Assembly: GCA_020353515.1 (NCBI GenBank)
Contig: CP070695.1
Location: 4,561,414-4,625,413 of the forward strand
DNA length: 64,000 bases
Source: Candidatus Heimdallarchaeota archaeon
GTDB lineage: Archaea; Asgardarchaeota; Heimdallarchaeia; Hodarchaeales; Hodarchaeaceae
Direction: 5' to 3'
Each line of letters opens with the position of its first letter. Position 1 is the stretch's first letter. The position numbers and the translations under genes were made by a program. A model generated the notes under the pieces. It did no database searches. It saw only the letters and a list, made by a program, of their open reading frames with translations, and was not told where the DNA came from. This document shows, piece by piece, positions 47,354-56,600 of this stretch.

Positions 47354-49756
47354 TTACATTCCTACCTCAGTACGGGTAATTTCAATTGAACGGGCTAAGA
47401 AATAATCCCCAAGTACGATTTTCCCCATCAATGTGACAAATGCATCAGAGAAACTCGCGATACCGACTGTTTCTCCTTGATCTTCTGTGATCCCGATAAT
47501 TACCTCTTCCCCATCCCGGTCTGCAGCAATATACTTATCAACACCCTCAAACTTGGTAACATCTACTCTTCGAACACGGACATTTGGCTTTGAAAAGAGC
47601 CTTTTTAAGAGATCAGTATGTTTAGCTGGATCTAAAACTGAGACTAAATTGATTCTTTGATGACTTTTCGTCTCGAGGATTATCTCAACAGGAATATTAT
47701 CAGCCTGAGGAATCAATAATGTCATTCCTCCTTTCATCCTTGAGAACATATCTTGCATGTAGTTTAAGACCGCCTCCCGAGAAACAATCGGAGCTGTTTG
47801 AACTTCAGGATGTTTTGTATCCGTTACCAAAGATGAAATTTTTTCTAAAGAGAATAAGTAATTTTTAAACACCTCTTCATTTCTTTGTGATACTTCTTTA
47901 AATTTAGAAGTATAATCTACAAGTTCTGTCTCCAGAGTTGTGATTTCAGCTTGAATACTAGAAGCTATCAACTCACTAGTAGTGGAAAGTTGATCAGAGG
48001 CACTTTTGCTCATTTCAGTCACTACATTACCCATTTTTTCCTGGAGTTCTCGAGTTTGAACAATTAACTTTTCTGACATTTTGACTGCAGTTTCGGTTAA
48101 TGAGGTGTTGAATTTGGCATCATATTCTTTTATCTGACCATTGATTTCCTCAATAAACTGATTAATATTCTCTAGCAGGGCATTGGTCTCTTGAGTAGTT
48201 AAAGTTTCCATTTCTTGATGTTTTGCATTAACTGCTGCTTTGAAGCTTTCCATCATGTGCTTGAATGATTCTAGCGCCTGAGATCTTGATGTAGAGACCT
48301 CTGTTTTAAATTTTGTAAGTTCCTCTTTCAAATATAGGTCTTGTGGGGTTAATGTCTGCTTAAATTGTTCTAAGTGTGAACTTATTTCGGTTTTCAAAGC
48401 TTCAACGACTTGACTCAATTCTTGTAAAGCAGCTCCTTTAATCTCTTCTGTCTTATCTTTTGCATCTGCGGTCATTTCATTGAATGCTGCAGTGATTCCT
48501 TCCCGTGTTTGTTCATAAGTTGACTGTGTCTCCTGCGTTAATCCTCCAAAGGTTGATTCCGTGTTTATGACAATTTTTTGAACATCACCATCTGTTTGCA
48601 CCTTAACTGCTTCTGAAAACTCTTCAATTGATGTTTGAACTTGATTTCTAGCTTCTGTCACTTTTTGAGATAACGTTTCTTGCGCTTGTTGCAACATTTC
48701 AATAAGTTGATTCTGAGTGGTTACTAAAGAATTATTAAGCGCCTGTTGTAAGCTCTCTGCACTACCAACAGTCTTAGACTTGATCTCATCCCTTGTAGAG
48801 GAAAATGCTCCAATTGCATCTTGCTTACTCAAGTCAAGGTGTTGATGAACTTTCTCATTATATGATTCAAGAGTCGTTCCCAATTTAAGTTGGCTATCTT
48901 CGCTAACTTTGGTAACTCTCTCCGCTATCTCTGAGGTGATGTTTGTCACATGAGATTTTAATTTTTCATCCCGCTCGTCAATCGATTGGAATAACACTTG
49001 CCCAGTCGTATCCATTGATTGATGGACATTTTGAATCCCTTGGGTAAGGGATTCTTGAGACTGTGAAACTAAAGTGTCTATCTGGGTTGTTAATGCCTGA
49101 TTTCGTTCACTTTCTGAAGTTTCTAGTTCAGAAACGCCTCTTTGATATTTTTCAAGTAGCTGTTGATTGGTTTGTTGTAGCTTAGTTCCCATTTCCTTCG
49201 CTTTATCATTATATACTTCTTTTAGGTTTGACACTAAAGTTTGATGCTCACTCTGCTTTGTTTCGAAGATTTTAGTGATTTTGGTTTTTGTTTCGTCAGT
49301 CCCTTGCTCCACCTCGAGAGTGTATCGAGCTATTCTCGCTTCAATATCCCCTTCTGCTTTCATCTCTGCTTGATTTATAGCTGTTTGAGCTGTTCCTATA
49401 CCATCAGAGATTTTTTGTGACTCTTCACGTATCTTACCTAGAATAATTTCCATTTTTTTAGCTACATGTTCATCAAGTTGAGCTGCCAATGCTTCCATTT
49501 GGGAAATAGTAGTCTCAGCAGAGGCTTTTAGATCATTAAAAGGAAGGATCGCATTATATCGAGAAGCAATCCCCGGAATCTGATACACATACCCCTTATT
49601 CTGTAATCCTTCTATCGATTTAATAGCATCAGCTGAAGTGAATTCAGCATTCTTAATTATTTCACCGAGAGAAAGAGGTCCCAACGCTAGAAGAAATATA
49701 TACACTTTTGACTCTTGAGAATTAAGATCTAATGATTCGAGTCCTAGATTAACCAT
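47354..49756 (-). CDS. TrmB-family wHTH protein with a ~600-aa helical/coiled-coil insertion and TrmB-type C-terminal domain
   Basis: LESLDLNSQESKVYIFLLALGPLSLGEI...LQNKGYV...RYNAILP (TrmB HTH); long amphipathic helical region; C-terminal alpha/beta domain (REAVLNYMQDMF..LLIP..AADRDGEEVIIG). Confidence 0.78.
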   Translation of the reverse strand: MVNLGLESLDLNSQESKVYIFLLALGPLSLGEIIKNAEFTSADAIKSIEGLQNKGYVYQIPGIASRYNAILPFNDLKASAETTISQMEALAAQLDEHVAKKMEIILGKIREESQKISDGIGTAQTAINQAEMKAEGDIEARIARYTLEVEQGTDETKTKITKIFETKQSEHQTLVSNLKEVYNDKAKEMGTKLQQTNQQLLEKYQRGVSELETSESERNQALTTQIDTLVSQSQESLTQGIQNVHQSMDTTGQVLFQSIDERDEKLKSHVTNITSEIAERVTKVSEDSQLKLGTTLESYNEKVHQHLDLSKQDAIGAFSSTRDEIKSKTVGSAESLQQALNNSLVTTQNQLIEMLQQAQETLSQKVTEARNQVQTSIEEFSEAVKVQTDGDVQKIVINTESTFGGLTQETQSTYEQTREGITAAFNEMTADAKDKTEEIKGAALQELSQVVEALKTEISSHLEQFKQTLTPQDLYLKEELTKFKTEVSTSRSQALESFKHMMESFKAAVNAKHQEMETLTTQETNALLENINQFIEEINGQIKEYDAKFNTSLTETAVKMSEKLIVQTRELQEKMGNVVTEMSKSASDQLSTTSELIASSIQAEITTLETELVDYTSKFKEVSQRNEEVFKNYLFSLEKISSLVTDTKHPEVQTAPIVSREAVLNYMQDMFSRMKGGMTLLIPQADNIPVEIILETKSHQRINLVSVLDPAKHTDLLKRLFSKPNVRVRRVDVTKFEGVDKYIAADRDGEEVIIGITEDQGETVGIASFSDAFVTLMGKIVLGDYFLARSIEITRTEVGM

Positions 49757-50112
49757 TATGTCACTTCCTAAGTTTATTTCTTATTTTTTTCATGATTTTG
49801 CAGACTTTTAACTTTGTACATCGTTTGCCTAAATTAAGTTTTTCTTATATCATGAGGTTAAATGCAAATTTTCAAAGCATTTTCCACCCAAATCCTCGGT
49901 GATTCGTAAATAACTCCAATAAAGCCGACAAAATAGTTTAAACAATTCCTTATGAGATTTAAGGTGGTATCAGCATTCTATCTATTATGTATTCAAAGTT
50001 TATCACTTATATTCATAAGCAAAAAATCAAGTGAAATTGAAAAATCAATATAAAGTCTTGATTCCCTGACTCTAATAACAGAATTAAATTTGCTTCGGGT
50101 CTGGATTTAATA

Positions 50113-50673
50113 ATGGACATTAAAGCTTTGAAAGAAAAAAATGTGATAGAGGCTGCATTATATCTTTATGATCGTCCGATGAGCTTTACTGAGTTAGCAG
50201 AACTTATTCAGAAGGATGAGGGTGAAGTAGAACGACTCATTGAGAAAATTCGAGATGATCATATGGATCAGAAAAGAGCTTATACCATTATTAATACTGA
50301 AAAAAATGTTGTACAATTGAAACTGAGAGAGGAGATAGCTGCCCACTTACATTGGCCTTTTATCCAGCGTTCTGAGGTTCCCCGGCATTTACTTAAGGTT
50401 CTAAGCCTCACTGCCTTTAAAGAATATGTACTAGAGGAAAAAGTAACCCCAAGTAAACTTCAAAGAATCCTAGGAAAAAGAGTAAGAGAAGATTTAGAAG
50501 AATTAAAAGCAATGAACTTAATTACGATTACCCCTAAGGGGAAAAGAAACATTATCAACGTAACTGAGGACTTCTTAAACCTTTTTAAACTACCCTTTGA
50601 GCCAGAAAAAACAAAAATAGCAATACGAACTGGATTAAAAGAATATGCTCTCCGTGAACTTCAGTTTGAATAA
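50113..50673 (+). CDS. scpB: ScpB/kite tandem winged-helix protein, paralog 1 (divergent)
   Basis: IEAALYLYDRPMSFTELA (first WH); LKVLSLTAF...LEELKAMNLI...VTEDFLNLFKL (second WH). Confidence 0.82.
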   Translation: MDIKALKEKNVIEAALYLYDRPMSFTELAELIQKDEGEVERLIEKIRDDHMDQKRAYTIINTEKNVVQLKLREEIAAHLHWPFIQRSEVPRHLLKVLSLTAFKEYVLEEKVTPSKLQRILGKRVREDLEELKAMNLITITPKGKRNIINVTEDFLNLFKLPFEPEKTKIAIRTGLKEYALRELQFE

Positions 50674-50690
50674 AATTTTGAGGAAATAGC

Positions 50691-51866
50691 ATGTTTCGTC
50701 TGTTTCGCCGTCGAAAAAAAGATAAAAAGAAAGAAAAAGATATTGAGGAGAAATCTGAATCAAAAACTGAATTACCTCCTCAACCTTCAGAATTAGTTGT
50801 AGAAGATCAAGACAATTCTGATATACAACCAATAAAAGACCTCACTGTTGCTGAAATCCCATTTGAAGAAAGATTTGCTACAATTCCAAAAATTATAACA
50901 GAACCCATTCCTGAAGTTCCTGATACAGTCGAACCTATTTTGGACTTCTTGCCCTTTGCTGAAACAGTAGCTGAAACAGAGGTTTCAATAACTAGTTTTA
51001 TATCTCCTGAACTCTTAAAACCTCAGCCTGAGGTTGAACAAAGCATTCCTATTGTGCGTAAATTAACCACGGCAGAACTTCCGCCCATCACTTTAGAGGA
51101 GCGTATTGAAGGTGCCCTATTTTCTATCGGAAGACCAATTCACGTCAGAGAACTGATTGAAAGTTTTCAAGAAGAATCGCCTCTTGTTAAACGAACGTTA
51201 AGGAAAGTTTCAAGACAAAGAAAGCGAAGTTCCCCCATAATTATTGAAGAAATATCTAAGGACAGATGGGTACTACAACTTAATCCAAAGTATCATGAAT
51301 TTTTCCAGTCTATTGAGACGGAGAAATTCATGACACCAGAAGAGCGGCGAATTGTAACTGAAATTGCCTATCGGCAACCAATTTCTTTAGCAATGGTGAA
51401 AAAGATTGTCAAAAAAATTGGGCCTGTAAAGATCACTGAAATTTGTCGTAATCTTGAAGCTAGAGGATATGTTGTTGGTGAAAAACGTGCACGATCTCTT
51501 GTTTACACATCGACTCCAAAATTCGCTCATGATTTTGGCTTCGATGACGAAAGCCGACGTTTAAAACTTCAAATGCTATGGCGACTGAAGCGCTTAATGG
51601 GTGATTATGAAGAGGAACCAGATGAGAAAGAGATAGACGAAAAACTCAAAGAAGAAGAGGAGAGGGAAAAAGAAGAAGAAGAAACAGTAGACCGGATTGA
51701 CGAAGAGGATGAAAGGGAATTAGTAGAAGAAGCAGAGATAGAAGAGGAATCAAAAAAAGTCATTGAAAAAACAGAGATAATTGAAGATAAAAAAGGAGAG
51801 GAAGAGATTTTAGAGGTAAAATTCACTGAGGAAGTAGAACCTGAAACTGAAACGGAAAGCGAATAA
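50691..51866 (+). CDS. scpB: ScpB/kite protein, paralog 2, with N-terminal extension and acidic C-terminal tail
   Basis: IEGALFSIGRPI, EIAYRQPIS, LEARGYV, YTSTPKFAHDFG; about 130-aa P/E-rich leader and about 85-aa E-rich tail. Confidence 0.88.
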   Translation: MFRLFRRRKKDKKKEKDIEEKSESKTELPPQPSELVVEDQDNSDIQPIKDLTVAEIPFEERFATIPKIITEPIPEVPDTVEPILDFLPFAETVAETEVSITSFISPELLKPQPEVEQSIPIVRKLTTAELPPITLEERIEGALFSIGRPIHVRELIESFQEESPLVKRTLRKVSRQRKRSSPIIIEEISKDRWVLQLNPKYHEFFQSIETEKFMTPEERRIVTEIAYRQPISLAMVKKIVKKIGPVKITEICRNLEARGYVVGEKRARSLVYTSTPKFAHDFGFDDESRRLKLQMLWRLKRLMGDYEEEPDEKEIDEKLKEEEEREKEEEETVDRIDEEDERELVEEAEIEEESKKVIEKTEIIEDKKGEEEILEVKFTEEVEPETETESE

Positions 51867-51903
51867 AGAAAATTTCTTCTAAGGTATTCTTACAATAGAG
51901 AAA

Positions 51904-52440
51904 TTACTCGAGATTTAAAGAAGAAAGGTGTTGGCTTACCATATCAATATAGACTTTTATAATTATCTCTCCACCAAGTTTAGCAGAGCATTCATAAAAA
52001 GGAATCCCATACTGTTCAGTGAAACTTTTACCTTCCTGATTAGTTACAGTTCGAGAATCGTCCAGATCAATCTTATTTCCAATTATTGATATTAAGGCAT
52101 TCTCTCCGACCGCACCTCGAAAGTCAGAAATCCAGCGATCAAGTTCTAAGAATGACTCACGTCTAGTAATATCGTAAACAACTATGCATCCGAAAGCTCC
52201 CTCGAAGTAAGTCTTTCTAATCTTTCCAAAATACTCCTGACCAGCTGTATCAATTAAAAGTAATTTTATTTGATGATTATCAACAGTGACTCGCTTTGTT
52301 GTAATATCCACTCCGATAGTCGGTGTATAACTTGAAGAGAACTTATTTTCAGCATATCGACGGATTAAACTGGTTTTTCCTACTCCATAAGATCCTGCTG
52401 CACAGATCTTCAATATCAAGTCATCTTTAGGAGCACTCAT
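51904..52440 (-). CDS. Rab-like small GTPase, tandem paralog A
   Basis: GSYGVGKT, YTPTIGVD, DTAGQE, GNKID, ECSAK. Confidence 0.95.
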   Translation of the reverse strand: MSAPKDDLILKICAAGSYGVGKTSLIRRYAENKFSSSYTPTIGVDITTKRVTVDNHQIKLLLIDTAGQEYFGKIRKTYFEGAFGCIVVYDITRRESFLELDRWISDFRGAVGENALISIIGNKIDLDDSRTVTNQEGKSFTEQYGIPFYECSAKLGGEIIIKVYIDMVSQHLSSLNLE

Positions 52441-52671
52441 TTCCCAATAACCTCGATTTTCTCGTAAGTAAACAAAGTTAAACTTTAATAACTTTTCAGC
52501 TAAACCAGCTTTCTTATAGATTTAGTAATCCCAATGAACTGGATGTTTTCCCATTCTTTTATATTATTGTGAACTTTGACATATCATGAATTTATGATAT
52601 TAAAACAGTTCTGATTTTACAAGATAATTTTGGTGACTTATAAAAAAAGAAATAACATTGATTTTTTGAAC

Positions 52672-53217
52672 CTAGATCATATTTTCTTTCTGTAAACTTA
52701 AAAAATATTGGCGTACAAGATCTTCGTATATTTGGGGAATGATTTCTCCACCGAGCTTAGCTGAACACTCGTAGAACGGCACTCCATACTGATCTGCTAC
52801 TTTTTGACCTTGTTCAGGAGTCACACAACGGAGATCTTCTAAATCAATCTTATTTCCAATTATTGATATCGAAGCAGCATCCCCAACCACACTTCTAAAG
52901 TCTGAAATCCAGCGATCAAGTTCTGTGAATGTTTCTTCTCGTGTAATATCATAAACAATGATGCATCCGAATGCTCCCTCAAAGTATGTTTTTCGGATTC
53001 TGCCAAAATACTCTTCTCCTGCCGTATCCACTAATACAATCTTTACTAGATGATCATCAACAGTGATCTTTTTTGTTGTAATATCTACCCCTATGGTTGG
53101 TAGATAATCGTGAATAAACTTCCCTTCAGCGTACCGACGAATCAAACTTGTTTTTCCAACTTGGTAAGATCCTGCTGAACAGATCTTGAGTACCCAAAGA
53201 TCTCGACTTGAACGCAT
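52672..53217 (-). CDS. Rab-like small GTPase, tandem paralog B
   Basis: GSYQVGKT, YLPTIGVD, DTAGEE, GNKID, ECSAK; closely similar to 51904..52440. Confidence 0.95.
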   Translation of the reverse strand: MRSSRDLWVLKICSAGSYQVGKTSLIRRYAEGKFIHDYLPTIGVDITTKKITVDDHLVKIVLVDTAGEEYFGRIRKTYFEGAFGCIIVYDITREETFTELDRWISDFRSVVGDAASISIIGNKIDLEDLRCVTPEQGQKVADQYGVPFYECSAKLGGEIIPQIYEDLVRQYFLSLQKENMI

Positions 53218-53491
53218 CCTTCACGAACCTCAATCATTGATAAAAACAAAGATTTTCTCTATAATGGTTTTGAACAGATCGCTACAGATGAAATTGTTTC
53301 AATCTATAACTTACTATTACTTTTATTTTTCACTATTTATTTACATCTTTCCGAATATGTGGAGAATTGTGCGCAACTTCTTCACCATTGTTATGCAAGA
53401 TAACTAAAAACAATCTTAAAGAAGTGGGATTTGCCTAGTAAGGTAGAATAATGTTATTAAATAACCTAAAAAACTAGGAGACGTATTTATT

Positions 53492-54064
53492 TTGACAGCA
53501 GAAATTATTGATATTCGATTACATGGTAGAGGGGGACAGGGCGTGATGACCAGTAGTTATCTGATAGCTGAAGCTGCCCTACTTGAGGATAAGTATGTCC
53601 ACGCTTTTCCCTCATTTGGACCAGAACGTTCAGGTGCCCCTATTGCAGCATTTGCACGCATCTCCGATGAACGTTTTTATGTTAAGACGGAGATTTATGA
53701 ACCAGATATAGTCATCATTCAAGATCCCACACTCCTAGGACAGGTGGATGTCTTAGCAGGCCTTCAGGAGGGGGGCCTTGTAATTATAAACACGGAAGAT
53801 CCAAACTCAGAAGGAATTCGGAAGCTAAAGGAATCGCGTTCTGACGCTAAATTTGCCACTATTGATGCTACTGCAATTGCAGCAGAAGAAATTGGAATTA
53901 AACAAACTAACACTGCTATTCTTGGAGCTTTGATCAAACTTACAAATGGCGGTATAATAACCCTTGAATCGGTTAAGAAAGCGATTATGGCCCGATTCCG
54001 TGAAGAACCAGCTAGAAAAAACGTAAAAGCTATTGAACGTTCTTTTAATGAGGTGATAAACTAA
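53492..54064 (+). CDS. porC: Pyruvate/2-oxoacid:ferredoxin oxidoreductase gamma subunit
   Basis: HGRGGQG, FPSFGPERSGAP, NTAILGA. Confidence 0.93.
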   Translation: MTAEIIDIRLHGRGGQGVMTSSYLIAEAALLEDKYVHAFPSFGPERSGAPIAAFARISDERFYVKTEIYEPDIVIIQDPTLLGQVDVLAGLQEGGLVIINTEDPNSEGIRKLKESRSDAKFATIDATAIAAEEIGIKQTNTAILGALIKLTNGGIITLESVKKAIMARFREEPARKNVKAIERSFNEVIN

Positions 54065-54411
54065 TGCCTGTTCTTCCTACAGATATTTCAGATGAAGAGT
54101 TCAAACAATGGGTAAAAGAAAAATGGGGTTATAAAAAACTCCCTATTGCTGGCAGTACACCACCAGGGAGTGCAAAATTTTTCCGTACTGGTGATTGGGC
54201 TGCCCAACGTCCCAAATTAATTGTTGAAAATTGTATATCCTGTTTAGAATGCTATTTTCTGTGCCCAGACAGTGCAATCACAATGGAAACTGGTGATGAT
54301 GACAAGGCTCACCCGAAATTCGACTACTTCTATTGCAAGGGCTGTGGTATCTGTGCAAATGAATGCCCTGGCAGAAAAGGTGAGAAAGCTATAATTATGG
54401 AGGATATTTAG
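54064..54411 (+). CDS. porD: Pyruvate/2-oxoacid:ferredoxin oxidoreductase delta subunit
   Basis: TGDW..RP, CISCLECYFLCP, YCKGCGICANECP. Confidence 0.93.
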   Translation: MPVLPTDISDEEFKQWVKEKWGYKKLPIAGSTPPGSAKFFRTGDWAAQRPKLIVENCISCLECYFLCPDSAITMETGDDDKAHPKFDYFYCKGCGICANECPGRKGEKAIIMEDI

Positions 54412-55587
54412 ATGTCAAGAATTGCAGTAACCGGTGATGATGCTGTTGCATTAGCTGCAAAAGCTGTTAATCCTGATGTGGTAGCAGCATATCCCATCAC
54501 CCCTCAAACAATAATAGTTGAAAGATTTGCTGATTTCGTTGCAGATGGCGAAGTGGACACTGAATTCGTAACCGTTGAATCAGAACACAGTGCAATGTCT
54601 GCCTGTGTAGGTGCTAGTTCTGTTGGTGCTCGTGTGTTCACAAGTACTGCTTCTGCAGGCCTTATGCTTATGTATGAAATTGTCTTCATTGCAGCTTCGT
54701 CTCGTACCCCAATAGTTATGGCCCTAGCAAATAGAGCGATTAGTGGTCCTATAAATATTCATGGAGAGCAAACTGATCAGCTTCTTCTACGAGATTCTGG
54801 TTGGATTAGTATGTTCTGTGAAGATAATCAGGAAGCTCACGATCACACTATCTTAGGTTTCAAAATTGGAGAACACCCTGATGTATTACTCCCTGTAGCA
54901 GTTGGACTTGATGGATTTATTCTTTCTCATGCTATAGAAGGAATTGAACCCTTTTCCAAAGAAGAAACAATGAAATTCCTTGGTGGAGATAGACAAACAG
55001 ATTTTAAATTGACTCCTTCAAACCCCATGAGTATTGGCCTCTTACACTTACAGGATTATTATATGGAGGCTCGTGCACAAGTAGGAGAGGCTCAAGAAAG
55101 GTCAAGAAAGGTCATTTTAGAAGTATTTGATGAATGGGGAAAAATCACAGGGCGAAAATACAAACCAGTCGAGTCTTATATGATGGAAGATGCAGAATAT
55201 GCTTTTGTCACAATGGGATCCTCTGCTGGAAATGCTAGAACAACCGTTGATGAGCTCCGTGCAAAAGGTGAGAAAGTAGGATTAATAAAAATTCGGGTTT
55301 ACCGTCCTTTCTGGGGTAACGAGATTATAGAATTATGTAAAAATCTTAAAGGATTGATTTCAATAGAACGAGCGCATTCATTCGGCGGGCCTGGTGGTAT
55401 TCTAAGTCAGGATATAAAATCAACCCTTTTTGGTAGTGAAGTCTCTCCCTTAATGGCCGAATACACCATTGGTTTGGGTGGGCGTGATACACTTATCGAA
55501 GGTTATCATGGAATGTACAACAGAGCTAAGAAGGCTTTTGAAGAGGGGAAAAATTTGCCCATTTTCTGGTGGGGGTTACGTGAATAA
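54412..55587 (+). CDS. porA: Pyruvate/2-oxoacid:ferredoxin oxidoreductase alpha subunit
   Basis: AAYPITPQT, ESEHSAMS, NRAISGPINIH, DGFILSH, YRPF, GLGGRD. Confidence 0.95.
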   Translation: MSRIAVTGDDAVALAAKAVNPDVVAAYPITPQTIIVERFADFVADGEVDTEFVTVESEHSAMSACVGASSVGARVFTSTASAGLMLMYEIVFIAASSRTPIVMALANRAISGPINIHGEQTDQLLLRDSGWISMFCEDNQEAHDHTILGFKIGEHPDVLLPVAVGLDGFILSHAIEGIEPFSKEETMKFLGGDRQTDFKLTPSNPMSIGLLHLQDYYMEARAQVGEAQERSRKVILEVFDEWGKITGRKYKPVESYMMEDAEYAFVTMGSSAGNARTTVDELRAKGEKVGLIKIRVYRPFWGNEIIELCKNLKGLISIERAHSFGGPGGILSQDIKSTLFGSEVSPLMAEYTIGLGGRDTLIEGYHGMYNRAKKAFEEGKNLPIFWWGLRE

Positions 55588-55600
55588 AGGAAGTGAAACC

Positions 55601-56566
55601 ATGACAATCAATGTACCGAAATATAGACTAAAAGATTTATTAAACAAACCTGTTTCCTTTACTGGTGGCCACCGCCTATGTGCTGGATGTGCAGCTGGAT
55701 CTATGGCACGACAAGTAACAATGGCCTTTAATAAACCAACAATGATATTTAATTCTACTGGATGTCTCGAAGTGGCTTCAACCATTTATCCTTTTTCCGC
55801 ATGGGAGGTTCCATGGCTTCATGTCGCGTTTGAGAATTCAGCAGCAGTTGCTAGCGGTGCTGAAGCAGCAATTAAAGCAATGATAAAAAAAGGTACTTAT
55901 AAAGAGGGAAAAACCGATATTGTTATTTTTGGTGGAGACGGTGGTACCTATGATATTGGTATTCAAGCAATTTCAGGAGCTTTTGAAAGAGGCCATGACC
56001 TCCTCTACATTCTATACGACAATGGAGCATATATGAATACAGGAATCCAAAGATCTGGAGGAACACCCTTCAGTGCCTCTACAACAACCTCACCTGCGGG
56101 ATCAGTAGTTCCAGGAAAAACTCAATTTAGAAAGCCTATAACTGACATCATGGTTGCTCATCGCATTCCTTTCGTAGCAACCGCAGCTCCTGCTTACCCA
56201 GCAGATTTGGTTGCTAAAGTCAGAGCAGGACTTGATGTGGATGGCCCTGCATTCATGCATGTTGAGTGTTCTTGCAACCGAGGACAACGATTTGAGCCAG
56301 CAAAATCAATAGAATATGTAAAAATGGCTGTAGAAACCTGTCTTCACCCTTTATATACTGTAATTGAGGGTGAATACACACTGAGTCGTCCCAGTGAACG
56401 TATTGCCAAAGATCCTTCAAGAAAAGTACCTCTAGTTGAATTTCTTAGAAAAGAAGGACGATGGCGACACCTCTTCAGGCCTACTAAACGAACGGATCTT
56501 ATTGAAAAATTCCAAGCCGAAGTGGATAAACGCTGGGAAGAACTTCTTGCAAAAGCAGGTATCTAG
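55601..56566 (+). CDS. porB: Pyruvate/2-oxoacid:ferredoxin oxidoreductase beta subunit (TPP-binding)
   Basis: GHRLCAGC, TGCLEV, GGDGGTYDIG, YDNGAYMNTGIQRS. Start moved to ATG 55601 to avoid overlapping porA. Confidence 0.95.
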   Translation: MTINVPKYRLKDLLNKPVSFTGGHRLCAGCAAGSMARQVTMAFNKPTMIFNSTGCLEVASTIYPFSAWEVPWLHVAFENSAAVASGAEAAIKAMIKKGTYKEGKTDIVIFGGDGGTYDIGIQAISGAFERGHDLLYILYDNGAYMNTGIQRSGGTPFSASTTTSPAGSVVPGKTQFRKPITDIMVAHRIPFVATAAPAYPADLVAKVRAGLDVDGPAFMHVECSCNRGQRFEPAKSIEYVKMAVETCLHPLYTVIEGEYTLSRPSERIAKDPSRKVPLVEFLRKEGRWRHLFRPTKRTDLIEKFQAEVDKRWEELLAKAGI

Positions 56567-56580
56567 ACTTCCTTTACCTA

Positions 56581-56600
56581 CTACCTTTTTCTTTTTTTCT
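56581..56600 (+). terminator. Probable archaeal oligo-T terminator after porB
   Basis: ctacctttttctttttttct, 15 bp after the porB stop. Confidence 0.5.

Noticed and set aside
51600-51860. GAA-rich low-complexity tract
   Set aside because: It encodes the Glu-rich tail of ScpB paralog 2 and is not an independent DNA repeat.
55469-55600. Extended N-terminus of porB given in the track
   Set aside because: It overlaps porA by over 100 bp; ATG 55601 gives a normal PorB start. Similar over-extensions were trimmed for smc, rocD and DUF362.
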